Of a DNA stretch of 64,000 nucleotides, positions 12,030 through 24,787 are shown one piece after another (position 1 is the first letter of the stretch; every line of letters starts with the position of its first letter). The DNA comes from Octopus sinensis (taxonomy: Eukaryota), in contig NC_043010.1 of NCBI RefSeq assembly GCF_006345805.1, forward strand, positions 58,838,001 through 58,902,000, written 5' to 3'. Position numbers and translations under genes: made by a program. A model generated the notes under the pieces. The model ran no database searches, was not told the origin of the DNA, and saw nothing but the letters and a program-made list of their open reading frames with translations.

Positions 12030-12448
12030 TCTCTTACTCTTTACTCTTTTACTTGTTTCAGTCATTTGACTGCGGCCATGCTGGAGCACCCCCTTTAATC
12101 GAGCAAATCGACCCCGGGACTTATTCTTTTGTAAGCCCAGTACTTATTCTATCGGTCTCTTTTGCCAAACCGCTAAGTAACGGGGACATAAACACACCAG
12201 CATCGGTTGTCAAGCAATGCTAGGGGGACAAACACAGACACACAAACACACACACGCATATATATATATATATACATATATATGACGGGCTTCTTTCAGT
12301 TTCCGTCTACCAAATCCACTCACAAGGCTTTGGTTGGCCCGAGACTATAGTAGAAGACACTTGCCCAAGGTGCCACACAGTGGGACTGAACCCGGAACCA
12401 TGTGGTTGGTAAACAAGCTACTTACCACACAGCCACTCCTGCGCCTAT
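12030..12448 (-). mobile_element. Full-length tRNA-derived SINE family A, inserted into the PLE
   Basis: Minus head aggcgcaggagtggctgtgtggtaag...ccgggttcagtccc (A/B boxes); near-identical copies at 39605, 42744, 45213, 57554. Confidence 0.92.
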
Positions 12449-12559
12449 GGGCACAATTAAAAAATACAATTTGAAATAATCATCATCATCTTTTTAAGAA
12501 TAATTAACCTTTTAGACTTACTCGATCTGACTGAATAAACTAAAAATTAAAGCCATTCC

Positions 12560-13260
12560 AGTCATAGTTAAGAATTTCATTCACAGCACAAATATAACTT
12601 TTAACTATCTTGTAGCAGGAATATTTTCAATAAACCATTCTAACAAGAAGTGCTTTTAACCAGAAAACACTGCATAAGGACAATTTCATTATAGCAAAAA
12701 AGAAAAGACAAAATATATGATTTAATTCAGTCCATCCTAAAATATGAATGTAACCACAAATATGGCTAGAAATTTCATATCTTTGTTGAGTAAAATCTTC
12801 CAAGTCACACTTAAACATAACACTCATATCAACAGAGACAACATAAAGGTGAGCTATAGTTTCTTGGATATCAAAACTTCCGGAATATCACATGATGATC
12901 TGTGAACTATTGTAGTCACCTCTACACCAACAAATTCCAACAAAAGAATCACCTAGAACCACTTCTCTACAGGATATTGCATCTCTAGTATGTTGGTGTA
13001 TAGACCAAGTTTAATACTTGCTGATGGTAATGAAGGGAACTAAATAGGGTTATGGAGAACACATTTAAAATCAGATATTACCAATAGGCACATTTATCCA
13101 GTAATAGAACTAATTCCACCTCTCTCTCTCACACTACATCTGGCAATTAAGAAATAGTGAAGTTAAACACAACCCTGTAACTTCAACTATCAAAGGTCGG
13201 GTACTCAAATACACCATCAGAGTAAGAAGATATGTCATAACACAAGCATCAAATTTGATG
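12560..13260 (+). mobile_element. Penelope-like element remnant (linker plus GIY-YIG), continuation of 11790-12020
   Basis: NI*FNS, NVTTNMARNFISLLSKIF, INRDNIKVSYS, IGL/ENTFKIRY..NSTSLS/YIWQLRN motifs. Confidence 0.8.
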
Positions 13261-13402
13261 TGTTGAAAACATTTTATCTTTTTGTTATCACAGCTGAACA
13301 TTTTGATTCATTCATTTTTTAAACAAAATACAGTAGACTCCACTTTCATAAGCATAGTCTGTGGCCAAATCACACAAAACACTCCATAAAGGCAGCAACA
13401 AC

Positions 13403-13442
<40 letters not shown>

Positions 13443-13921
13443 TAATGCTTGCAAAAGTGGGTAGGAAGTCGGCCTTGAGAAATTGTACAGTTGTCAAAAG
13501 ACAAGGATACGTGACAGCAGCAGTTGATCAGATGTGGGGGTGATTTGGGAGAATCACCAAGAAATTTGCCTAATTGGTTGGCAATTCTAAAGAAATGATG
13601 GTAGTAGTTGGAAAGACATAGCAGAATATTATTTTGGAAGAGATGGAGTGGTTCTTGATGGTTAGCACTTGCTAAGTTGAAGAGAATGGGAAAAAAAGTT
13701 GTGTTTCCTGAACAAAATTAACACCACATAAGTATTCCTCTTAATTCTACCTCAGTTCATCTAATTGTCTAAATTTATTGTTACTTTTCTTAAAAAAGCC
13801 TTTATTTTTTTTGATATTCAATGTGCATTTTCGCTTTTTTTATCCTTACTTTCCCCCTACCTTTTCCACGTGTAGCTTCTATATTTTTTTTTAAACATAT
13901 TTCTATTATATATACATATGT

Positions 13922-14115
13922 ATATAGTTTCTTTATTTCTGGATTTTCTACATTTTCAAGGGTTTCATACTTTTTAATTCATAATTTCAACTCTCCATAT
14001 ATAAAATGGAGATGATATTACCCACATTATATAAGTGTAGTAGTTGAAAAAGGCAAATAACAAAGCATGAAACCTAAGGTAATGTAGAAAATCCACAAAT
14101 AAAGAAAGTCTATAT
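13922..14115. mobile_element. Degenerate MITE-like inverted repeat
   Basis: 13922-13992 is an imperfect reverse complement of 14042-14115 (tttctttattt.tggattttctacatt / aatgtagaaaatccacaaataaagaaa). Confidence 0.6.
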
Positions 14116-14164
14116 CCACCATTGCAGTGATGAGTACTTCTTCTCACTGCTTGCTTGCCATTAT

Positions 14165-14189
<25 letters not shown>

Positions 14190-14225
<36 letters not shown>

Positions 14226-14505
14226 ACAGGCACAGTGGGACTTGTGAGCGGATTTGATAGACAGAAACTGAAAGAAGACCATCTATATATGTATATGTTT
14301 GTGTGTCTATGTTTGTCCCCCCCCCAATATCATTTGACAACCAATGCGAGTGTGTTTATGTCCTTGTAACTTAGAGGTTCAGCAACAGAGACTGATAAAA
14401 TAAGTACTAGGCTTACAAAGAATATAAGTCCTAGGGTTGATTTGCTCAACTAACGGTGGTGCTCCAGCATGGCCACAGTCAAATGACTGAAACGAATAAA
14501 AGAAC
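14190..14505 (+). mobile_element. SINE family A, 3' portion
   Basis: gacagaaactgaaagaagacc...gctccagcatggccacagtcaaatgactgaaac. Confidence 0.8.
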
Positions 14506-14583
14506 AAATATATATATATAAAACAAATGACAAATATAACCAACGAAAGACACTCAAAATGGAATTCACAGGATTCTTTATTT

Positions 14584-14685
14584 ATCACATCAATTGTTTT
14601 GACCGATTTTACATCGATCCCTCACGCGTGTGAACTATTGTATATCTGGTGCATCCTTTGATGTAGATGTGTCTCATCAGGTGAT
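14584..14685 (-). ncRNA. Decayed type I hammerhead motif
   Basis: Minus strand: atcac CTGATGA gac...gtc AAAA caattg at gtgat; G12>A and U16.1 changed, stems I and II intact, palindromic CAATTG stem III. Confidence 0.5.
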
Positions 14686-14822
14686 TTTTCAAAAGGTATC
14701 TCGTTCAGTAGACTCGGTTTCACTTGGTTCAGTCATACAGCATGTTGGTATTTGCCTGTGGGTGGTTGATTGCTGGCTTCTTGGATTCATAGACACAAAG
14801 AAATACAAATACCCCTACACCA

Positions 14823-14854
<32 letters not shown>

Positions 14855-14859
14855 ATCAT

Positions 14860-15030
14860 CATTATCTAACATCTGCCTTCCATACTGACATGGCCTGGAC
14901 TGGCCTGGCAGAAGATTGCCCCAGACTTCTGTGTCTGTTTTGGCATGGTTTTTACAGCTGGATGCCCTTCCTAACACCAACCACCCTGCAGAATGAACTG
15001 TTTTTTTACATGACACCAGCACAAAGATCC
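14860..15030 (-). mobile_element. RTE LINE 3' tail repeat (diverged)
   Basis: ttttacagctggatgcccttcctaacaccaaccacc. Confidence 0.75.
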
Positions 15031-15113
15031 CCTTAGAAAAAAATTTTTTGTTATAAAATTCCCAGCACCACAAGTTGTTGTAAACAAGAGTGGAATGTTA
15101 ATTAACTTCTTTT

Positions 15114-15169
15114 TACTCCACTGAAGATTGTACTAAGCCAGTGAAACTTTAGGCTGAATATCTGGAATA
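15114..15169 (+). ncRNA. Possible hammerhead motif (weak)
   Basis: tactcca CTGAAGA ttgtactaagccagt GAAA ctttaggctgaata TC tggaata; stem I pairs 6/7, stem II imperfect. Confidence 0.3.
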
Positions 15170-15176
15170 ATATGAG

Positions 15177-15950
15177 TTAATACCTCTGCCAAGGAAGGAG
15201 GTTAGGTTTTCATTGGCGTTGGTTTGTCCATCTGTGTGCAAAATAACTCAAAAAGTTGTGAACGGTATTAGATGAAACTTACAGGAAAAGTTGGCAATGA
15301 CACAAGGAACAGATGATGAAATTTTGGTAGTGATCCAGGAATTTTTGTGGATTTTTGAAGGAATTTTCATTTATTATATTTACTTTACATGAAGTATTAC
15401 GTTACATTCTTTGATTATCTCCCTTGAAAACATCATTTCCACATAACCTATGGTGGCGTTGCTGTTTAGAGACTGTTGATGATTATGATGGTTGAGATAA
15501 GTATGGGAGGAGGATAAAATAGAATTGGTGGTTATAATGGCGACAAGAGCGGTGTGATGTGTGATGCTGAGGTGATGGTGGTAATAGTGGTGTTGATGAT
15601 AGTGTTAGTTGTGTGATGGTGGCGGTATTGTAGTGGTTATACTGGTTGTGGTGGTGAAAGTGACTGTCAAGGTAACCGTCATGATAACATTGATGATGAT
15701 GTCTGTGGTTGAAGTGGAAGCAGTGACAATGATGCTGATGCTGATGTGAACTGCTTCAGATGATTCCTGTTTTTAAAGGGTTTTGTTTCTTAAAATCATA
15801 TGGCTGTGTTATCTTTTTTTTTATCCTCACTAAGGAGGTTATGTTTTTGCCGCCGTTGGTTTGAGAAATTGGGCGATTTTTCAGGATGTGTGTATATGGG
15901 TGGAAATGAGCTGCTTGGCGGAGGTCTGTGCTCTCCGAGTGCTTTTCTAT
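15177..15950 (+). mobile_element. Helentron-associated non-autonomous element (HINE/DINE-1-like)
   Basis: Sub-TIRs acctctgccaag (15182-15193) / cttggcggaggt (15914-15925), 3' short hairpin gtgctctccgagtgc followed by a T-rich end. Confidence 0.7.
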
Positions 15951-16102
15951 TTACTAATATGAAATGAATATCATTCCCCTGTATATTGGAATATATAACC
16001 AAACATGTCTATGTGTAACTTTGCTTTTATGGTGATGATTTACATATATCAGAAATATTAAATTTCTAAATCTCTCATGTACGGTGGTGGGGCGATAGAA
16101 TG

Positions 16103-16144
16103 GTTGTATACTGTCAATCTAACGTGAACGTGACAGTATACAAC
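16103..16144. other. Perfect 14-bp inverted repeat hairpin
   Basis: gttgtatactgtca - 14 nt loop - tgacagtatacaac. Confidence 0.85.
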
Positions 16145-16269
16145 GATTTACATATATATATATGGAAAAAAGCACAGCCTTGTAATGGAGTAATTAAGCA
16201 ATGGAAATAGAATATAAGGTGTGTGTGTGTGTGTGTGCAACTGTTTCTCTTTACGTAACAGTTTTGAGG

Positions 16270-16420
16270 AGAGGTAAGTGTTTGATGCTACCACACCCAA
16301 TTCTTGGTTGATATTTCATTTTATCAACTCCAAATGGATGAAAGGCAAAGTCGACCTTGGCAGGATTTGAACTTACAAGACTTGGAACCAATACGGCACA
16401 GCATTCTGCTAGCTCACATG
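16270..16420 (-). mobile_element. SINE family D (diverged)
   Basis: ggatgaaaggcaaagtcgaccttggcaggatttgaact. Confidence 0.7.
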
Positions 16421-16505
16421 ATGTTAACATACTCACATACCCACATGCTCATGAAGTTAATATACTCCACATACATTCACATATATGCATCTGTATCTGT
16501 CTATT

Positions 16506-16545
<40 letters not shown>

Positions 16546-16806
16546 ACTCTTCCTCTCTCTCTAGATATATATATATGTATGTATGTGTATGTATATATGT
16601 ATGAAGGTGTTCAATATGTGAAACTGTTAATGTAGACACGTATTTTTTTCCTTCCTCCATCTGTTCTCTCTTCTCATTCCTTTCTGTAGAAGAGCGTAGA
16701 CTCAGAATGTCACAGACTCTTCCATTCTTCCTAAGTGTTAAACTAACAGGCTTTGTTGTTCCCTCACCTGTTTCTGTCTTCTGTTTTTTGTACAATTTTC
16801 AACCAT

Positions 16807-16849
<43 letters not shown>

Positions 16850-16919
16850 CATACACACTCTCTCTCACACACGCACACACACACACACACACACATACAC
16901 ACATACAGGTTGCACGCAG

Positions 16920-17470
16920 GTATTTATGAACGATCTTTGCTGGGCCTTAAGTAGAAAGCAATTTCCCACAATGTTACCTGACAGATGGCAAATGTATAAA
17001 CTTTGTCATTTCTCTTTCTCAGAATTGTTGGCAACATCAACCTGGCAGATTCCTATCTCAGACAAGAACTGCAAAATCACACTTTGCCTGTGGTTCTAGC
17101 TACTGACCACAGGGAGTTGGATGGGCAGGGGTCACCAGCGTCTTGAACATGGTTTGATCCTCTAAGTATAGGACCAGGGTTCTTTGAATGCAACATTAGG
17201 GTCGTTTGTATCAAGGGTCACTGTCTTTTGCATAGGATGAAGATCACTTCTATAGAGGATTAAGGTTGTTTTTTAGAGGTCCAGAGTCGTTTGTGCAGAG
17301 GGTTGAGGAAGCCCTGGCCAAGAGAAAGAAGTACTTTTAGTGTCATGGTGTCATCAGGATAGGTGATTTTATCAAGATACTCAAGGACAGGACATCGTCA
17401 ATAACATCCACAATAGGCTATTAACAATTACAATTCTACATAAGAAAAGATGGTTTCTATCCACTAAGAT
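16920..17470 (-). mobile_element. Decayed RTE LINE RT C-terminal region
   Basis: Minus translation ..EYLDKITYPDD..LHKRLWTSK.., CLR*E (cf. LRW.GH), QRSFINT (cf. KRYKDT). Confidence 0.5.
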
Positions 17471-18009
17471 GCAAGTGAACCATGTAATCATGTGGTGACT
17501 CTCATGATGTGGCCTCCTGACTCTTTGTTCAAACCCTTTGGACTCCTGCATCATTGATAGACGTGTTGCAACTGATTGATAGAGCTAAGGTCTCATTGAA
17601 AGTTATGGTGGTTGACATGGATGGAGCCCACCTAATTCTAGCATGCTGTTGTTTTCATGACTACAGTGGCATTTTGTGGTGGTGTCTTTAGGGGATGGAG
17701 TTAATGGGGCTGAGACAAAAGGTCCTGCATTTTTGTTCTACCTTTTAATTGCTTCCCAAATTTTGGATGTTACCTTCTAGGTACAAGCACGCATCAGTGT
17801 ATGTGTGTGTGTGTATGAGTGTGGGTGTGTATATTTACATTATATATATATATATAACAATTGCAGTGGGCAAAATGTTTATAAGCCATTTAAGAAACAC
17901 ATAAAAACTGTTAGATTTACTTCAACATTTAAATTTAATTTGTCAAAATATTTTCGTTGCTTTGAGACCGTGACCTGTTCAATGACAAAATTCTGTGCTG
18001 CATCTCAGA

Positions 18010-18335
18010 GATGCAGCACAGAGCTTACGATCGAGAGGTTGTGAGTTCGATTCCCAGACTGGGCTGTGTGTTGTGTTCTTGAGCAAGACACTTTATTTCA
18101 CGTTGCTCCTGTTCACTCAGCTGTAGAAATGAGCAGCAATGTCACTTGTGCCAAGCTGTATCGGCCCCTTTGCCTTTCCCTTGGATAATATCGGTGACAT
18201 GGAGAGGGAAGGCCGGTATGCATGGGCGACTGCTGGTCTTCCATAAACAACCTTGCCTGGACTTATGCCGTGGAGGGTAACTTCCTAGGTGCAATCCCAT
18301 GGTCAGTCATGTATGACCAAAGGGGGTCACCCTAT
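18010..18335 (+). mobile_element. tRNA-derived SINE (family C variant, CORE-like body)
   Basis: ggttgtgagttcgattccc B-box; gtgttcttgagcaagacactttatttcacgttgctcc; reverse copy at 42215-42555. Confidence 0.85.
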
Positions 18336-18576
18336 ATACATACATGTGTGTTTCAGCCATGTGGCTGCAGTCATGTTGGACATTTGTATGTATATTAAAA
18401 CTTCGTTTTTAATTAAAAATTAATTATATATCTTTTTTCTTTTATCTTTTACTTGTTTCAGTCATCAGACTGCGGCCATGCTGGGGCACTGCCTATAAAA
18501 AAAGTTACTAAAAAAGATGGAGTAACACACTTGACTGTATTTGGAAATTTTTCTAAAAATGTTAAATGCTATAGAT

Positions 18577-18627
<51 letters not shown>

Positions 18628-19664
18628 CGTGTGCACAGACAGATAGACGGATGGATAGATGAATAGGTAAGTATATAGATAGGTATACATACACATATAT
18701 ATATTTCTAGACACACACATGTGTGTGTGTGTGTGTGTGTGTGTTTACTCAACAACAAGAGACCAAATACAGACAAGAAATTGTAACTGAATTTCATCAC
18801 CAGACATCTGCTGTCTGGTGACAGTGACATATGATGGGGTGGGGGGGAGTGGAGAATGGGAGAGAGAGAGGGAGAGGGAGGGAGAGGGAGAGTCATAGAG
18901 TGATAAGAGTCTGATACATTGATGTACTAGTAGTGACAATATTGCTAGTACTGGTTTTTATAGAAAGTAGTGGTGTGGAGGCTGGGCGGGGTGGGGGTGT
19001 CACTGTTGTTGGTGGTGGTGGTCGTGGTGGTGTGATGAATTTATGAAATCTCTTGAATTGATGAAGACGGTACACACACACACAATTACTGTCCTTTTGT
19101 CACCCTCCCTCTCTCTCTCTCCCTTTCCCCCCTCTCTCTCCCTTTCCCTCTCTCTCTCTCTCTCTCGCACACACACACACACATACCCTTCTGTCTCCCT
19201 CTCCTCCACACACACACACCCAGGAATTCTTGCTCTCCTTTAGTCTTTTAACCCTCCACTCTTCAACTGCTCTCCTTCACAGTCACACTCACTGAGTGTC
19301 TCTATCTTTGAGTGCCACTTAAGGCTATCTTCCCCTCCACTACCCCTTTCAGCTGTCTCCACCACCACCACCTCCACCACCACCAACAACAACAACAACA
19401 ACAAACCCTTCCCCCTTCACCTCACAACATCAGAAATAGTTTGTGGCCCTGAGACATACAGACAGACACATTACTGCTACAATTCACACTATAAACTGTC
19501 CCCTATTCTAGACAGGAGCCAATGAGGGAGCATCTGAATAGCAGCCGAATCTCCCTCAAATCACACCCTATCAACTCACAAAAGGCCATATTGGAGAAGG
19601 AGAGCCTTAGTTCCCTCTGCATGAGACACGACGGAGAGGGTTCAGGGATTTTCGTCAGGCACAC

Positions 19665-20125
19665 GCTTGACTGTGTGGTAAGAGGTTCACTTCCCAACCA
19701 CAGGGTTCCAGGTTCTGTCCCACTGCTTGGCACCTTGAGCAAATGTCTTCTACTATAGCCTTGGGCTGACCAAAGCCTTGTAAGTGGATCTAGTAGAGGG
19801 AAACTGAAAGAAGCCCATCTTGTGTGTGTGTCTCTGTGTGTGTGCTTGTATGTATGTCTTTGTTTGTGTGTGTCTTTGTATGTGTTTTTGTGTGTATGTA
19901 TGTGTGTGTGTGTGTCTTTATGTGTCTTTGTGGTTGATTAGCTCCACCATCGATTGATAACTGGATTTAAGTCCACGTGACTTAGCAGTTCAGCAAAAGA
20001 GACCAATAGAATAAGTACAAGGCTTTAAAAATATCAAATCCTGGACTTGATTCATTCGACTGAAATTTCTTCCAGGTGGTGCCCCAGCATGGCCACAGTC
20101 TAATGACTGAAACAAATAAAAGACA
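19665..20125 (+). mobile_element. SINE family A (diverged)
   Basis: gactgtgtggtaagagg...ccaggttctgtcccactg...ggcaccttgagcaaatgtcttc. Confidence 0.8.
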
Positions 20126-20707
20126 AAAGATGAAAGATCAGTCTGATCAAAACGTAGCTGGCCTAGGGTTAAACAACAACAACAACAACCTGCCCTTCCT
20201 TCTCAGAGACAGAAAATACTTTGTCTCTGTCCCCTAAAACTTTTTTTCCCCACCCCCAACAGAGCTCAGGTGAGATCCACAATGCAGGAAACCCGTCCCA
20301 GAAAAGGGACCTTTGCACTGTCCCAAATTCCCACATTGATGGAAGTGGTTTTGCTTCACACAAAACACACAACATGAAACCTCATAGAAATCCTTATTGA
20401 TTGACTCTGAGCCACTCATTAACAGACTCCAATCTCTGACTCACAGACATCATTGACTCCTCACTTTATCTCTTTTACCACTACTACAATGGTCTCTGTT
20501 CTTCACAACAACCTCCAACCCACACCACCTTTCGCATATATCTTTCCTCCTCTAGGCCTCCATTTTGCTTCTCCATCCATGCCCTTCACCAACCAGTTCT
20601 TCTGGCCCTTCCAACTCAGTACCATTTCTTTGATCTTAAATTGTTATTGTCCTTGTCATAATAGTGTTAAACCAGTTTCAGCCAGTTTCAAAAAAGTACT
20701 TGCTGGA

Positions 20708-20851
20708 GCAGTACTAACCTGGGGTTAAACAATAATAACAATTAGCCACTACATGGTCACACAGCCTGCTAGAAATAGCAGTACTAACCTGGGGTGAAGC
20801 AATAATAACTATTTGCCACTACATGGTCACACAGCCTGCTAGAAATAGCAG
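20708..20851. repeat. Direct tandem duplication of a 70-bp unit within a dispersed repeat
   Basis: gcagtactaacctgggg...gccactacatggtcacacagcctgctagaaata at 20708 and 20778. Confidence 0.9.
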
Positions 20852-21512
20852 ACAGAGTCCCTGAACTATATTAACAAAATGAAGAACTCATCATACAGTG
20901 TAGTCCAAGATATATAACTCAATGGTATGGTCCTGTTTGGACAGTCTTTTTTAACAAGTTTACTCAACCAGAACTGACCTGAGGCTGAACAACAACAATA
21001 GCTAAACATTAGAGTGAAAACTAATTTGATGTAATAAACCAAGAAATTCTAATTAATTAAAATATTACCTTTAATGCAGAGAATAATTATTAATTAAATT
21101 ATTATTTCTGGTAAAAAGTGCCATAAGAGACAGCCAATAAATGTTAATAAATTAAAATAAATGAAATAGGCCGTGGAATGGGGAAGTGAGTGGGATTTTT
21201 AGTTGTGGGAGGACAACTTTAGATATGTTTCAGTCTTATAAATTTTCTTCAGTAAAGCCTGATCAAGCTGTGACTGAGAATGAATAGAGAAGTACATCAC
21301 TCATGATGAATCTCTATAACTCATCTCTATTGCTGCCCTCACTCTTTATGTCACATTACTCTTCTGTATCAGTCGTTGTTGACATCTCTCATCACTGACC
21401 CCCCTCCACTCTTTTACCATCACCCCGTTCCTCTCCTCTCACTCTCTCTTCCCTCTATCACATCACTCATGCTGTTTATATTCAGCCTCCTTACCAACAA
21501 TCTTCATGTAGC

Positions 21513-21547
<35 letters not shown>

Positions 21548-21629
21548 TCTATCACCATCTCACTCTGGTTCACTTTTATTAATCTGAAAGGCAAAGTCAA
21601 CCTCAGCAAAATTTGAACTCAGAGCATAA

Positions 21630-22215
21630 AGAACACGTAAGAGGTATTGCAAAATCACTGGAAGAAAGTAGTCTTTACATGGCAGAGGCACCACAAGTAA
21701 AGGAAGGTAAAAAACAGACTCCCTCAAATGTCATTGGGGACCCCTAGAAGTAGTAGACAGCTTCAGTTACTTAGGTGACCAAGTTAGCAGTGGGGAAGTT
21801 GTCCCAAAAGCATAGCTGCTAGAATAAGAATAGGCTTGGTAAAGTTCAGAGAGCTGTTACCTTTGTTTGTAATGAAGGGCCTCTTCCTCAGAGTGAAAGG
21901 TAAGTTGTATGATGCTGGTGTATGAACAGCTATGCTACATGGTAATGGGACATGGGTTGTGACTACTGAGGATATGGAAAGGCTTGAAAGAAATGAAGCC
22001 AGAATGCTCTGCTGGATGGGTAATATCAGAGTGTAAGTGTAAGTGATTTGAACAGAGTGTAAGTGATTTGAGAGAAAAACTCGGTTTATGGGGCATCAGA
22101 TGTAGTGTGCAAGGGAGAAGACTGCTGGTATGGCCATGTAATGCATATGAACAGAGACAGCTGCATCAAGAGGTGCTGATCTCTAATTATAGATAGAACA
22201 TGTGGAAGGAGTAGA
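21630..22215 (+). mobile_element. RTE LINE RT C-terminal fragment
   Basis: LEVVDSFSYLGDQVSS..SIAARIRIG.VKFRELLPL..LRVKGKLYDA..AMLHG..TW..ERNEARML. Confidence 0.9.
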
Positions 22216-22224
22216 CCCAGTTAC

Positions 22225-22345
22225 TGTCTACCAATCCCATTCACAATGTTTTGGTCAGCCTGAGGCTTTAGTGGCAAGGTGCCATGCAGTGGGACTGAAC
22301 CTAGAACCATGTTGTTGGGAAGCAAGCTTCTTACCACACAGCAAC
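22225..22345 (-). mobile_element. SINE family A head
   Basis: gtgccatgcagtgggactgaacc...cttcttaccacacagc. Confidence 0.75.
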
Positions 22346-23517
22346 ATTTGGCTTTTTAGATTTTGTCTCAAGATGCAACTGGGTGGCATAATTAAAACAT
22401 CATTCACCGAAAGATGGTAGTGAGTTGCAAAAGTCTGAGAGTCGGCCATGGTTTGACTCGTGAAACAAGTTGGAAATGACTGAGAGTCGTGTGGTTTGAC
22501 TGATTTGTTTACCTCTCAGCTGAGGCAAACCAGTGACTAATGATAGATTTGATTATTGATTAACCTCCAACAACCAGTGAAATGTCATTGGGACTGACTC
22601 AACAATATAAAATAATTTCAAACATTATCAAATTTCTAAAGCTGAAACATTCCAAGAGCAGAATGCAAAAACCTGAAATGAAGAGAATAAAGGTTGGAGA
22701 GTTAACCTGAGAGGAATAATGATTCATAGTGAGTGAAATGTATTTGATCAAATTGTATGGTCAGTCGAAGCAGCCTTTATATTGATCTGTTAATAGGAAC
22801 AATGGTGTGTTAATTGTGCAACTGGATATCTATTAGTTAACGCAAACAAGCATCTTGTTCAGGTTTCACTGAGTGAGCAGAAATCCAAAATGGATACTTG
22901 ATAGCTCCTTTTATTATATTGATACAATTAATGGAGAGCATTCATTAAAGATGCTTCAGTCTTTCTTCTGACTATTTTTAGAAGAGCTAATAACTCCCGG
23001 CTATCACAGTCTCAGTAAACTTGGATCCTTCCATGTTATTCGACAACATATTCCCAATGAATGTTGCTGAGGGTAACACTGACTTCTTTGTACCCAAGGG
23101 ATTAACCAATCTGTACAACACTTTAAAACATCTTTCAAATATTTCAAACTCAACAAGACTTACCTTCTTCAGGGTTCCCGGTTTCCCATGAGGACTCAAA
23201 GCATCTTGTGGCTTCAGCTCAAACCAAAGTCAAGGTAGGCAGACACATTCCATCCATCTCTGCTATTGTTGCACAGCACAGGGTGAGCATTGCTGACCGC
23301 TTTTACAGTGCAGAACTCCAGGCCATATTGAATGTTATATTTTGAAGACTTATGCTTCCTAACAGAAATCAGAATTCCTTTTGCTATATTCAGGTTTTTG
23401 AGTGAGAAATGCAATATCTACAATTTGGATGAACTCTTCAATAAGAATACAATTTCTAAAATATATTTTCATTATATTGTGCAAATGTGTGTGTATATGT
23501 ATATACATGCAATAATG

Positions 23518-23680
23518 TCATCATCATCATCATTTAATGTCCGCCTCTCCCTGCTGTCATGGGTTGGACAGTTTGACAACAGCAGACCAGGCAGCATTTT
23601 CTGTTTTGGCAAAGTTTTTTACAGCTGGATCCCCTTCCGAACACCGACCGTTTTACAGAGCGTAGTGGGTGCTAAAAGTG
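23518..23680 (-). mobile_element. RTE LINE 3' tail repeat
   Basis: catcatcatttaatgtccgc...tttttacagctggatccc. Confidence 0.7.
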
Positions 23681-24237
23681 GACAGAGATTTCTAGCCTGG
23701 GTTGGTGAGATACATCTTTGCTGCCAGAACTTGAAGAGGAAGAACAGTACTGAAAAGATGCTGGGAACTGATTCCAGCAAAGCATGAGTTGAAAAGAATT
23801 GGTAGATGCGAGGAAGTAAAACGAGCAGCAAGATTTGGAGATCTCTGCAGTTCCAGACTCAATTCTATAGTTTTGCTTTATGAACAGACTTTCCAATCAT
23901 TTCTGCAATAATGGCAACGAGCACCAAAAGAAAACAATCTGGGAATTCAGGTGTTTCACATTAAAGTTTACGAGAATCTCTTCCAGCAGCCTGGAGATGA
24001 GGAATGTGCCATTGGCAGTGATGGTCATTTGGAGAATAAACATTAATTTTATAAATATAGACGTCTGTTTGGAAAATAAAAACATTTATTTCTTAAGAAT
24101 TGGTTAATTTTTAAAAGTCACAGCAGATAATTTCATACACCAATTACACACAGACCCTATACATACAGAGTCATGTATACACACACATACATACATACAT
24201 ATATACAGATGCATAACCATATGCATATATATGTATG

Positions 24238-24272
<35 letters not shown>

Positions 24273-24366
24273 ATATATATATATACACATACACACATTT
24301 ATACATATATATAAATATATATATATGTGAAAATATACTACACATATGAATACATATACACATACA

Positions 24367-24402
<36 letters not shown>

Positions 24403-24502
24403 TACACACACATGTGCATGTATATATTTAAATATATATATGAATCTATGCATGCATATATGTATGTACATAAATATATTTGTATGAAAATACATGTATG
24501 TA

Positions 24503-24611
<109 letters not shown>

Positions 24612-24672
24612 ATTATATATATTATATTATTATATATGTATATATATACATATATATATTATATATATATAC

Positions 24673-24719
<47 letters not shown>

Positions 24720-24756
24720 TACTATATAAATATATATGTATATACTATATGTATAC

Positions 24757-24787
<31 letters not shown>

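Noticed and set aside
16262-16290. Apparent 12-nt microexon with gtaagt donor
   Set aside because: Lies at the 3' end of a family D SINE
17019-17145. Plus-strand exon-like frame IVGNINLADSYLRQEL after a strong acceptor
   Set aside because: Antisense of a decayed RTE LINE on the minus strand
20708-20851. Direct repeats that could suggest a CRISPR-like array
   Set aside because: Simple two-copy 70-bp duplication without unique spacers, in eukaryotic DNA
22430-22480. ctgaga-gtc...gac-tcgtgaaacaagttg hammerhead-like string
   Set aside because: Core lacks a nucleotide, has extra bases before GAAA and no UH triplet
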